Shown here one piece after another: positions 36,366 to 48,730 of a stretch of DNA of 64,000 bases. The position numbers were made by a program, and so were the translations under genes. Under the pieces are notes generated by a model, which saw nothing but the letters and a program-made list of their open reading frames with translations, made no database searches and was not told where the DNA came from. Source of the DNA: Botryllus schlosseri (taxonomy: Eukaryota); contig CM119371.1 of the NCBI GenBank assembly GCA_051294905.1, positions 4,280,001 through 4,344,000 of the forward strand, written 5' to 3'. The stretch's first letter is position 1, and every line of letters begins with the position of its first letter.

Positions 36366-37975
36366 ATTAGAACTACTCCCCTTTCAAAACTCACAACTAC
36401 AACTGGAACAAAAATTACTCACTTCTGAATTAGTGACTTTTAAAAACTCGCAACTACAACTAGAACTAGAATTACTCACTTTTGAATCACTCACTTTTCA
36501 AAAATAGCATCTAGAACTAGAACTAGAATTACTCGCTTTTGAATTACACATTTTAAAAACCAGCAACTATAACTATAACTAGAATTATTCACTTTTTAAA
36601 ACCAGCAACTAGAACAGTGGTTCCAGCTTCCACTTTTCCAGCTAAATTTTGGTGAGTTGACTAACAAAAAAGGTGATTTCTCCGATTTGATTCTAAAAGG
36701 ACCATAACCTCCCTTCGTCAGCCCCCCCCCCTAATACGTTGGTCTTAACCCCCCTCCATAGGGCGATAAATCAAAATTCTGCACCCCTCAGACCAAACTC
36801 CCCCGATACCTCTTTACCGCTACTTCTCCGCACAAATTGTTGGAATCTTTAGTTAGTTGGCTTAATTCGCGAAAAATTTCTATCATTCATGATTGAATCA
36901 GTCAAAATGATCGGGAATTACATATATACTGCTGTCAATTTCTTATCCTATCTCTGCTCATGTATTCAGATTTACCGGTAAAGATGAGTGAGGTGTCTTG
37001 GAAAATGTAGGGCCCGTAAATAATAATTGAACATATTCGGGCGGACCCGTGGGTACAATGACTTCGTTACGTAATGACATTTCTAGGCCTGTCTGCTATG
37101 TCAAAAGATATTCAAATCGTCCATACGTACTAAACTAAAAGACGCACACGATTTCAAATTGGTATTTCTGCACTGGCACCAGCCATTTAGGCGCCTATGG
37201 ACAATTAAATTTATATGTATATCGTAGATATATCGAAGTCGGTCAGCATTAAGGCAGTCCTTTTCCGCCAAGGTTTTCTCGTTCTGGCACACTTCTCGGA
37301 GTCGCATGCTACATGGCCTGAAACTTCATATGTCTTGGTGCGTTATGGTGTGATAATGGCTGACGCCGAGATGCCCATTTCTATAACTCATGCGTATTAT
37401 TTCTTGAAGGAAGGGTATCCAATAAGCAAGAAATGCGTGAGCACGAAATGGGGCGCAGCGCGAATTTTTCTGAAAAAGTTGCCTAAATTTCCAAAATAAT
37501 ACTCTATAATTAATGTTAATTCACGAACTCGGGCCCCCCATTCAAATTGGGGGTTTGGGTGTGGCAGTTACGGTCATTTCAACGCTCCATCGCCCCCTAT
37601 CGCTCACTTGGCTATTTTCGGCCCCTGGACCGACAAATCGCCCATTGGGGGGCGATATCGCCCACGTTGGGAACCACTGAGCTAGAACTAGAATTACTCA
37701 CTTTTGAATCGCTGGCTTTTTAAAACTAGTAACTACAACTGGAACTAGAATTACTCACTTTTATATCACTCACTCTTCAACACCAGCAAGTACAACTAGA
37801 AGTTGAATTACTCACTTTTACCCGCTTTTCAAAACTAGCAACCACATCTATAACTAGACTTACTCACTTTGAATTACTCAGTTGTATAAAATTCGCAACC
37901 TACACTTGACGTAGAACTACTCACTTATCAAAAATCGCATCTACAACTGGAACTAGAACTTATTCAAACTAGCAG
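36366..37975. repeat. Minisatellite of roughly 40-60-bp ACTAGAACTAGAATTACTCACTTTT units, interrupted by a hAT element
   Basis: Repeated units at 36366-36614 and 37680-37975. Confidence 0.75.
36615..37679. mobile_element. Non-autonomous hAT element related to 11615-13899
   Basis: CAGTGGTTCC...GTTGGGAACCACTG; TSD AACTAGAA/AGCTAGAA. Confidence 0.8.
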
Positions 37976-38067
37976 TAGTTATTTAACCATCATCTAACTA
38001 GTTTCTCAGTTTGCACAAGTCTATGTAGGCCTACTTGTGTAACTGTACGTGAAATTTTTCTTGATAG

Positions 38068-38255
38068 CGGGATATCCATTCCTAAACAATAACATGGACA
38101 TGAAGTTTGGAGATTTCGACCGAGCTACCAAAGTCTACTTTGCCGACCAGACAAAAAAGTTCTTTTTGTGGCACATCCAACTATATTACCTCGAAAGTTC
38201 TAGGCAAGAAGGCACACAGTTTCAGAGTGGAGACCTAATCGTTGGGTTGTGTTTT
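38068..38255 (+). pseudogene. PLK1: PLK1-like e4 copy
   Basis: FLNNNMDMKFGDFDRATKVYFADQTKKF/CGTSNYITSKVLGKKAHSFRVET*SLGCV|gtgag. Confidence 0.85.
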
Positions 38256-38964
38256 GTGAGCATATACAACTACATTTATCTGGGACTTTAATGAATAGGT
38301 AGGTCTGAATAAAATCGAGTATTATGATTCGTTCCGAGCATCACTCAGTAGGAAATATATGGAAAGTTCAAATACGTACCTTTTACTCCAGCACAAAGCA
38401 TATTATGACAGTTCTGCTTGAGTTTAAGTATGATTTGGTATTTTTCATGTTTACCACTTTGTCACAGTGCTATGTATTGTTCACGACTTTGCAGATATCA
38501 CATTTCCATTAAAGTGCGTATCTTGGTACTGCATGTTTCATATGCTGCGATACGGCCAATCGAGATTCCATGGCTATAATTCTCGTTGATAGATTTCCTC
38601 TTAGTGGCAAGGATCGTATCATTTTAAAACTAAAAAATTCATATCTTAATTCTCGACTCTAATCAATAGAATCGATACTCAACGCAGATTCCAATATCCG
38701 AATCGCTGTGCCCAGTCCTAGCCACGAGCTTCCCACTGGATAACTTGGTGCATATTTTTTCTTTACCCTAGGTATACATCGTTAGTCGGTAAGAAACCAT
38801 ACTGGATTTTCAAATTGCGAAACGATAGAACGACTCGCTTTCCAAAATGTGTAACTACAACCAGAACCACAATTAGATATAGATCTAGTGAGAGAAAGAC
38901 GTAGTTAGTTCTTAGTTGCTCTTCACCGAACTAGATAGATAATTTGTACGAGTCTCAATTTCAG

Positions 38965-39102
38965 GCAATGATCATCAGAAAGACAAAACGTATGAAGAGA
39001 TTATCTCTATCAGAGTTTGAATGACAAGCATGTCGTTGGATTTCACCGATTCTTCGAAGACAAGGATTTTATCGACATCTTTCTCGAGTTGTGCTAAAGA
39101 AG
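38965..39102 (+). pseudogene. PLK1: PLK1-like e2 copy
   Basis: [39 protein letters not shown]|gt. Confidence 0.9.
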
Positions 39103-39134
39103 GTAAAACATTTCCTCGTTGCAACTGTAATATC

Positions 39135-39680
39135 CAGGGTTGCAATGGCTTGAGTCATGACTCGACTAGACTCATAATTTTTGGTGATTTGACTTGACTC
39201 GAGTCAATTTGTCTTCTGACTCAGCTTGTACTGGAGTCATTTTACATGACTCAAACCAAGTTATATGACTCGAGATTAGGACGGCCAAGACAGACATTTC
39301 ATTATAACTTCGAAGAATAGTAAAGTCACCACATTGTTGGTATTTTGTCTATCAGTCCTGATATATGAAAAATAGGCCAAGAAACTGTAAGGACTGAGGA
39401 AAATTACGATATTGTGAATGCAAGCCATTCTATATCACAAGAGCAGAGTTCAACAAAGTGGGTTGAACCGGATTGAACTCAAAACTGAACCGTGAATATA
39501 ATGATTTGGACTGGGAATCGAGTCATAACACTGTGACTCGGACTCAAGCGTCTACTCACTGACCTGGACTCGGGCTTGACTCGGTGATGAATTGGAAATG
39601 ACCGGACTGAACTCGAGTCAAAACTACAAAAGTGAGATTGAATTGTGACTTGGAACCCCGTGACTTGGTTACAACCCCAG
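39135..39680. mobile_element. MITE with CAGGGTTG ends and GACTCGAGTC subterminal motifs
   Basis: Colinear with 57341-58611; inserted in the intron after e2 relative to other copies. Confidence 0.65.
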
Positions 39681-40816
39681 CAATGTGTTAATGTGGCGAT
39701 CGCAATTGCATCAGGTCTGTAATGTTCATTACTAGCAGACCTAGACAATTAGATAATTCTTATCTAATTTGCCTGATTAGAGCCAAATTCCGGTAATGTA
39801 GTTTTAATCCGATTTGTCAATGTTTTTACATCCACATTTTAATTTCAATCTAATTTCTGGTGTTCCTAAAAATACTACAGGGGAACTGTATCGTACAAAC
39901 GAGCCAAGCAAAACCAATTGATATCAAGTGAACTGGTTTTTGGTTCATTTCATTTGTGGATTTCATAATTCTAGTCTAATTTGTAAAAAATAAAATATGT
40001 AGATGTAACTCTAATTTCAATGACATTTGGAAAGAGACAGTAGCTATAATTCTGTAGATATAATTTCAATTCTAATCTAGCTTTGAAAAGCTGACAATTT
40101 AGTTACACAACTTCGAAAACTAGGGGAGGGTCACAATGATTCGAGTACTCGGTCTAAATTAAGTAGTTATTCTAATTATCAGAGTCGAGTACTGAAATAA
40201 TATGCTCCTTGTCACAAGAGATAAAATTATTAACAATAAACTCAACTAAGCTGAAGTGAGGGTGAATTTGTCAATGAGAACTATGGCTTCGATAGTATTT
40301 TCCACTGCGGAAAGCTGTGAACCTCAATAGCTCCACCATAGCATACGGAACATGAAGTACAAAGCTAAGCTAGTTACTGGAAATCACATATCTTTAAAGT
40401 CGTGATCAACTCACAGCATCGTCACAAAGTGTAATGAAATAGGTATGGTCGACAAATTTACAAATTATCGTAAAGCGTAAAAGGTAGTCTACATATTTGA
40501 AATTTCCGCATCATCCATACTGGTATGACATCATAATTAGTGATACTCAAATACTTGACTCGAAGCCTGATACTCAATTTCATTTCAAATCAGTCTAGCA
40601 CTCGATTTCACTCAGCCCTACGTACGACAGCTGAAATATCAAAAAGGCATGAAAGGTAGTTTTCAATTTGAAAGTTATCGGTTCAAAAAGTTTATTTTCG
40701 AATTTCACTGGCCTGCTATCTCGAATAGTTTGAGAACCAATGATTCAGATATTCCCAACAAATGATATTCTTGTTTTTATCCTGTCAATCCGATTACCTT
40801 TAATTTATGTTTTCAG

Positions 40817-40939
40817 TCGCTGATGGAAGTTTACAGAAAGACGCGCCATCACAGAAGCAGAGGCTTGTTATTGCATGTGACAGATTCTGATTAACGTCAT
40901 TATCTTCATGACTGTAAGACAATTCACAGAGATATTGAG
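40817..40939 (+). pseudogene. PLK1: PLK1-like e3 copy
   Basis: SLMEVYRK/AITEAEACYCM*QIL../YLHDCKTIHRDIE|gt. Confidence 0.85.
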
Positions 40940-41427
40940 GTAATAATTGTAGTGTAGTTGTCTAATGAAACTCATTACAGTGAATGCCTGTAATCTAATT
41001 CTAATCTAATTTGTTAAACGTTTCTATGCACTCATTTTAATTAATCTAATTTCTGGTTTTCCTGAAATTGCTGCAGAAGTATGTCGTGCAAAACGAACCA
41101 AGCTCGATGTACACAGACATTTGCCATTCTTGTGCTGATGAGAATGAATTCTGATTTGATATAAACTGATCTTCATTCGATGCGCAAGGTTTCGTGAGCT
41201 CAGTAATTCAAATTGTAATCTAATGAGCAGCCATTATTCTAATAACTGGATAATTTGGAGTAAACTGTTTAGCTTTTATACTAATTCTAGTCCAATTCGA
41301 AACATAAACTGTGCCGCTATCATTCTCATTTTCACATACTCTGGAGATTATTGTGTTGCTATCATTATAATTGTACTCTAATATGGAAATAAAACTTTCT
41401 AGATGTACTGTAATTCTTATCCTAATA

Positions 41428-42576
41428 CAGTGGTTCCCAACCTGTGGTACGCGTACCACTAGTGGTACGCGAAGGTCTTCCAGGTGGTACGCGAATAGAT
41501 TCTGTTTTTTTCGACCGAAGGTAGTTATTAGTTCAGGTGGGTTTGATTTTAAATTTTTTGAAGTTTTTTGTCTAGTGGTGAAAAAACAATTCCATGCATA
41601 TCATCAACCCGGGCTGATAATGCATAGTTTAATAGAATTTGGTATTAGTAGGGCTATTGTTTTACAAAATTGAGCGTTAAGTCAAAAAATTGTCAAAATT
41701 GTTTACTAAGTCAAAAGATCTTTGACCCCTCCATTTCGTTTGTATCGTAGATTTGGTATTTTAAAGCTTGAAGCCTACTTTATAGGCCTACCGTTGTGGG
41801 CAGCCCATTGTATGCTCGTCGTGGATCATAAATTGTCAAACGAAACAAATGGGTTGACAATTGACATGGTGTTATTTTCAACGTACCGTAATATCCTAAC
41901 TGAAGCAAGACTGCTTGGGCATTGCATTGATATTTTATCAAGAAGCGCATGATGAATAATTGTGATGTATGAGTATGACAACATTGTCAGAATGAAGCAC
42001 CACGGTGGGTCACCAGCAGTGTACGCACAGTTTCAGTGTTGTCAACCAACAACTACTGCTGTTAAACGGTAGGCTATTTCTCCATTCTTGGCAAGCTACT
42101 TATAAGGACAGACAATATCCACCCGAGAATGCAAGAAAGTATCTTTCTTTTGGCTACAACAAATTTTAATTAACTCCTCCATAATACGTGGTGTAACTAC
42201 TGGGCCAGATATCGTTAAAAATAAAAGTATTTTCATGTCAAAATTTGTCAGGTTTCAAGTCAAAAAGGCCTTTTCAGGCCATACTACTTCGTAAGGACAG
42301 ACAGTCCTTACCAAAATTTAATATAAGTAGTACAATTTTAACATTATGTGCGAAAACACCTAATTTGCGTTCGTGAAGTCAAAATTTGGTCAAAATCCTC
42401 CAATTTTTAGGTAAAAATCGCCCTGCACCCCACATAGGCCAATTACGTGATTTTGACGTCATAAATGGTGAAAACATTTTTACCGCCTACGTCGTGCGTA
42501 CATTATGTAGGTGGTACGCGAGCACTGCAAAAAACCTCAAAGTGGTACGCGGATTGAAAAAGGTTGGGAACCACTG
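41428..42576. mobile_element. Non-autonomous hAT (Buster/Charlie-like) element
   Basis: TIR CAGTGGTTCCCAACCT, perfect TSD TCCTAATA. Confidence 0.9.
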
Positions 42577-42810
42577 TCCTAATATAACTGCATAAAGCTG
42601 AACATTTTCTAGGTATCCAAGTCTCCAAATCTGCTTCTCCTGATCCTTGAATCTCTTCGTATCCAAATACGGAATAAGTTTACGATATCAAATCCAAATG
42701 TAGATTCGTATTATAGTTCTAATTCCACAAATCTTCATTCCCAAATATATTTGGCATTATATACGAGTTAGTATCTGTGATTTGGTTATTATCTGTGATT
42801 TCTTCACTAG

Positions 42811-42995
42811 AATATTGGCGAGTGACCCGTCTCATCGAGCTTCTGTAAAGGAAGTGTTGGCCAACGAGTTCTTCAGCGGCTACGTTACACAAAACCTGCG
42901 CACAACCGGATTGAGCTGACGTCCAGGTTTCATTTCACGGACTCTTCCAAGACAAGGATTTTGTCGACATCGTTCTCGAGTTGCGCAAAAGAAAG
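42811..42995 (+). pseudogene. PLK1: Chimeric PLK1-like exon: e6 fused to the 3' half of e2
   Basis: tag|a ILASDPSHRASVKEVLANEFFSGYVTQNLRTTGLS*RP then [21 protein letters not shown]|gtgag. Confidence 0.85.
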
Positions 42996-43092
42996 GTGAG
43001 ATCTTTACTATGTTGTTGGGATCTCAAACAGCAGTGGTGGCAATTTCATGAGCTCAGTAACTTTCATTACCAGCAGACTTGAACCACTAGAT

Positions 43093-45357
43093 CAGTGGTT
43101 CTTAACCTTGCTCCCAGCGCCCCCCAGGGGGTACTGGGCTCAGGGGGGCGCTGGAGAAAAATTGCTTCGCATTAGATGATGTGGTGATAGGACATATCCT
43201 TAATGAGTATTCGGAACAACTTAACACCGAAAACTTTGTTATATATAGCCTTCAAAGTACATATAGGTTTAATTGTCCATGGGCGCCTAAATGACTGGCA
43301 CCGAATGTTCCTGTCTTGGCAATCTGAACCCCAGAACACGAATTCCATCTGGCAGGGAAAAATTATATGCCAGTGAAGAAATACCAATTTGAAATCGTGT
43401 ATGTCTCTTGGTTTAGTACAATTGGGCGACAGGGATATTCCTGTTGGGCGATATCCCTGTTGGGCGATTCTATATTTTTTGATATTGCAGACAGGAGGTC
43501 ATGAATTAACTAGGGCTGGGCAAAATCGAGTACCTGAGTGATTCGATTCTGAATCACTTAAAATACTTCGAGTCGAGTATTCGAGTATCATTCATTATGA
43601 CGTCACAACAGAATATACTAGGTCAAAGTTCAAATATGTACCTTTTATGTCACCACGTACAACAAAATGCCTGATACCTGTCACATTAATGATACTTCGG
43701 CATGTTTTCGACCATACCGACTTCATTGCACTTCTTGACAATGTTGTGGAACGATCATGCCTTCGGAAATGTGTTATTTCCAGCAACGTTTGTAGCTTTG
43801 TACTATGTCTACCATACTACGACATGGCCAATCAAGGTTTCAAGGCTTCCTCAGGGGAAAATATTATCAAAACTATAATTCTCCTTAGTTCATTAATTTT
43901 CAGTTGCGAGGAGCGTACAATTTCAGTACTCGAAAAAATCATATTTTACTACTCGACTCGAATCATTAAAATTAATACTCGATTCAGATTCGAGTACTCG
44001 AATCATTGTGCCCAGCCCTAGAAATAACATCATGCAACGAAGTCATATTAACGGGCTCGCCCGCCCGAATATGTTTAATTATTAGTTACGGCCCTACAGT
44101 TTCCAAGACACCTCACAATGTTCTCTTCAAGTTTTGATGAGTCTGCGCACACTCAACAACTCACTGTGCTGACCCTTGGACAACAGTGCGTAACGATTAA
44201 AAAAAAGTCATAACTTCAGATTTGGTGTGAGCAACACAGATTTTCTGTGCGCAGAGACGGTGTCAGCAATGCGCACGTGCGCAGCTTTGAGGGAACATTG
44301 CATCTCATTCAGCTCTACCGGTAAATCTGGTAACGTGAGCAGAGGACAAGAAATTGATAGCAATATATTTGCAATCCCCGGTCTTACTGACCGATTTTAG
44401 CATGAATTATCGAAAGTTTTCGCGCTTCGCACTGGCTCGCTAAACAGTACAGCTGATTCCGTGTCAAAAGCGAACAACGTGATGGGGGCGGTCGGTTTAT
44501 CACCCTATGGGAGCCCGAGACCCAAGTTTTTTCGGGGGCCTGACGGAGTGACGTTTCGTTCCTGCCAACAGGTATACGCCCGAAGATGTAGGCTATAATT
44601 ATTGAGGGGTCCTACCTTTTCAAACACACATCACTCAGCTCTACCGGTAAATCTGTTTACGTGAGCAGAGAGATGATAAAAATTGATCTCAATATTCATG
44701 CAATTCCCGATCATATCGACCAATTTCAATCATTAATTAGTGAAATTTTCCGCGCACCGCGCGCGTCTAGGCGAGAGTAGCTGCCTCAGTAAATTGACAC
44801 CCAATGTAGATACCTAGTATCAGCAAATAGCCGACAGCCGAAAGGGGGTCTTGGGGTGAAGTCCCCCGGAAGTCTGGTTTATCACCCGATGGGGGCCCAG
44901 GACCAACGGTTTTTGTTTGGGGGGGGGCTGATGAAGTGCTGTTACGGCCCTGGTAATGAATAAATTTACCTACGGGCACGCCCGAATATGTTTAATTATT
45001 ACTTACAGGCCCTTTATTTTCCTATGTAACAGCTCACTCAGCGCTACTGGTAAATCTGATTACGTGGGCTGAGAGGATAAAAAGTTTATAGCGACTTATA
45101 TATGTAATTACCACCTATTCATTCATGCATTATAGAAGATTTTGGTACCTCGGGCGAAGCCCTCAGAAGTTTGGTTTATCACGCTATGGGTGCGCAAGGC
45201 AATCGTTTATAGGGGGGTTGACGAAGTGCTGTTACGGCCATCCCTCTTTCTCATTGTCTTTATTACATTCCTCACAATATAAAGTAGGGGGGGGGGGCGC
45301 TGGAGCACTATAATTTTTGAAAGGGGGCGCTGGACGAAAAAAGGTTAAGAACCACTG
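43093..45357. mobile_element. Non-autonomous hAT element (family of 9077-10259) with nested MITE
   Basis: TIR CAGTGGTTCTTAACCTT, perfect TSD CACTAGAT. Confidence 0.9.
43511..44020. mobile_element. TAGGGCTGGG-ended hAT MITE, nested
   Basis: TIR TAGGGCTGGGCA; TSD GAATTAAC/GAAATAAC; the empty site GAAATAAC is seen at 9550 in the paralogous host. Confidence 0.9.
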
Positions 45358-46221
45358 CACTAGATAATTCATGTTGTCTAATAAGAGCGAAATGCCGGTA
45401 ATCTAATTCTTATCTATTTTTGAATACTCCTGTTACCATCTTGGTTCAATTCCATGATAATTACTGGTTTCCTGATATGCCACAAGGGAACTATATCATG
45501 CTAAACAAGCAAAGCTTGATGTCGAGACATCTCCCATAATTGTGCCGATGAAAAGCAGCCCTGATGTGATAAGAAGTTTACTATTGCATTTCGTTTACCG
45601 AACCAAGTAATTCTAATCTAATTGAGAAAAATGTGTTGCTGTAATTCTAATGCTAATCTGGTTTGGAAAATATGAAAATTTCTCACCGTAGAAAGCTGTA
45701 AACCGCGATAAGACGTATCGCGTCATACCTACCGTGTAGTACAAAGCTTCGCACAATACTGGAAAGGACATTTCTTGAAAGTTGCAATCAACCCATGGCA
45801 TCTTCACAAAGTGCAAGAAACAGGTATGCTCGAAAAACACCAAATATCCGTAATGTGATGTACAACTGGCATGTTATCTCACATGGTCACATAAAAGGTC
45901 CATATTTGAACTTTTCACATCATCCATTCTGGTGTGATGTCATAATGAGTGATAAGCAAATAACGACTGGAAGTCTACTAATCGATTTAAATTCAAATCA
46001 CTCAGTTACTAGATTTTGCCCAGCACTGTGTATGTTACTTCAGATATCGAAAAGGCAGCATTAAAGAAAGTTTTTAATTCGAAAGGTCCATCGGTACTAA
46101 AAATTTGCTGTAGAATTTGACCGGCCCACTAGCTCAAAAAGGTTGGAAACCAATAATTCTGATGTATATAATATTCTTGTTTTGATTCTATCAATCCTAT
46201 CAACTTATCATTTGTTTTCAG

Positions 46222-46346
46222 TTGCTGATGGAAGTTTACAAAGAAGATGCGGCATCGCAGAACCAGCGACACATTACTAAGTGCAACAGATTCTGCTTGG
46301 AGTTTTTCATCTTGATGATTGTAGGATCGTTCAAACAGATATCCAG
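46222..46346 (+). pseudogene. PLK1: PLK1-like e3 copy
   Basis: LLMEVY/RRCGIAEPATHY*VQQILLGVFHLDDCRIVQTDIQ|gt. Confidence 0.85.
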
Positions 46347-46660
46347 GTAACATTGCTGGCAGTAGTGGTAGACTTGTACAAACTACTGGATTTTCCAAAT
46401 ACACTACTTGGTTTCCACATTACAACTAGAGTTAATGCCCATTACGAATCTGCAACTAATGAATACCTGATGACACAAATTACTAATTACAATTGAGCTA
46501 GTAAATATCGGAGATAGAATCACTGAATCAGTATATCAAATGGACGGGAGTTTTATTTAGGAATGACAGGCGTGTCAACCCCCAAGACCCACTTTCCTGG
46601 CTACGTCACTGTATGTAGTTATGACTGTGATGTAGCAATGGCTGCAAGAACATCAAACAA

Positions 46661-47603
46661 GAGTGTTGGGATCAAGTCAGTACCTTCGGGTCATTTCGAG
46701 TCATTGCGCATTTTGACTCGAGTCAAATCAAGTCAATCGATTTTCAAAGGTGACTCAAGTCAAGTCACTCAATTTTTGGAGGAGACTCGAGTCAAGTCGA
46801 GTCAAGTCAAGTCAAGTCACGAGTCAAGTCACAATTCAAGTAAAGTTGCCTTTTCGAGGTATGAGGCATGATTACGTCATTGCATTTTGCTAGCTGTGTG
46901 AAATACAGATTGAGTGGTCGTTGATATTGAACCAGTGAACGAAGTTAAACATACACGCATAAAGCGCTATATCGCTCACATATACGTAGAACTGGTAAAC
47001 TGCGTAAGTAATTGCATAGTCTCCAAGTTATATAGTTACCAGCCAAAATAGAGAATAGAGAAACGAATTGATAGGATGCAATGCATTAACCATTTACAAA
47101 TCGATATGAAACAATTCGAGCCTGCGCCAATGGTTGAGGGCTATATAAACTATAGTCGAATTCAATTTCAATAAAACAAAGAGGTTTGGTTAAGGTAAGA
47201 ACAGAGTACAGAAATAGCCGATACATTCTGCTAATAAATTACTGTACTATACTAGTTTACGACAACTTAAGCTTCGATCACTTCGTTTGCGGTCGATTTA
47301 TTTGTGAGAGAACAATGGAGACCCGATCATTGAATGATTGGTCGCTCTCACGCGGGTTACACCAGCGTTTCGCGAACAATCCGACCATTTGCAAGATATA
47401 GTGAGTTTTATCGACACCGATTACTTTATGACTTGAAATTGACTCGTGAATTTTGCTCCGAGTCACGAGTCAATCCACATTTCTGATACGCCGAGTCAAC
47501 TCAAGTCATTTTAGCAAAGTGATTCGAGTCAAATCAAGTCATACGAAAAAGGTGACTCGAATCTGACTCGAGTCAAGTCATGACTCGAGTCATCCCAACA
47601 CTG
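46661..47603. mobile_element. CAGTGTTGGG-ended MITE
   Basis: GAGTGTTGGGAT...ATCCCAACACTG flanked by CAAACAA on both sides. Confidence 0.75.
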
Positions 47604-47820
47604 CAAACAACAGGACATTGGTATCACGATTCTCGTGAAACGACGACGCATGTTTTGTAGCTGTTCGGCAATTGTTTTGGAAACGCATAACTAGCTAGAA
47701 CTATGCACTTTTCATAACTAAAACTAGAACTACTCAAAAAACTTTACTCAGTTGGCCAACAACCAGCCAGATTAATAGTTTATAAACTTGTGTATCTGAA
47801 TGTGAGATTTGTATTGACAG

Positions 47821-48006
47821 CTGGAGAACCTATCCCGTAACAATGTGGGCGTGAAGATTGGAAATTTTGGCCTAGCTACCAGAGTCGACTTTGATGTCCA
47901 AACAAGGAGTACATCTTGCGGCACATCCAACTGCATTGCCCCGGAAGTTCTCGACAAGAATGTACATAGTTTCAAAGTGGACACCCGATCTCTGGGTTGT
48001 GTGTTT
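47821..48006 (+). pseudogene. PLK1: PLK1-like e4 copy
   Basis: cag|LENLSRNNVGVKIGNFGLATRVDFDVQTRSTSCGTSNCIAPEVLDKNVHSFKVDTRSLGCV|gtgagt. Confidence 0.9.
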
Positions 48007-48611
48007 GTGAGTATCACTCAACATTGATAAGGGACTTTCATGAAATGGGGTCGGAACGGTCTTATATCTTAGTCAGCGGGGCCAGGAGAAATCGAGTACA
48101 TGACTGATTCCAGTTGAGTAATCCACTACCACTCATTTTGGCGTCACAATATTATGAAGGGTGCGGAAAGTTCAAGCATGTACCTTTTATGTGATCACAA
48201 GGAATACAAGGCCAGTTCCACATTACATTCTAAACATAATTCGATATTTTTGTCAACCTAGCCTACCATATTTCATTGCACTTTCTGACTCTCCGACATC
48301 GGTAGATCGTGGCCTCATAGAAATGTCATTTCCAGTAACACTGCGTAGCTTTGTACTACATGTCTCGTATGTTGCGATACGACTAATCGAGGGTTACAGC
48401 CTTCCATTAGGAAAATAGTATCAAAAGTAAACTTATCATTGATAAATCAACTCTTATTGGCAAGAATTGTATCGTTTCAGTACTACAGAAAATCATCGCT
48501 CACTACTCGACTCGAATTATTCGATTTAATACTCGAATCATTGTGGTATCAAGTTATCTGAGCAACCAACATCTAAATTGGTAACCTGATGTATGTTTTT
48601 CCTTATCGTAG

Positions 48612-48730
48612 GTAGAGCCTACATTACTGGTCGGTAAACCACCGTTAGAAGGTCAGATGTTGCACGAAGCCTTATCGGAAATGGAGAAGAATGAATACAT
48701 GATTCCACCCTCTTGCGATCTAATCAGAAG
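48612..48730 (+). pseudogene. PLK1: PLK1-like e5
   Basis: TLLVGKPPLEGQMLHEALSEMEKNEYMIPPSCDLIR|gt. Confidence 0.9.

Noticed and set aside
43647..44021. Similar ORFs at 43647 and 53041 as a gene family
   Set aside because: Both lie within copies of the same non-coding MITE
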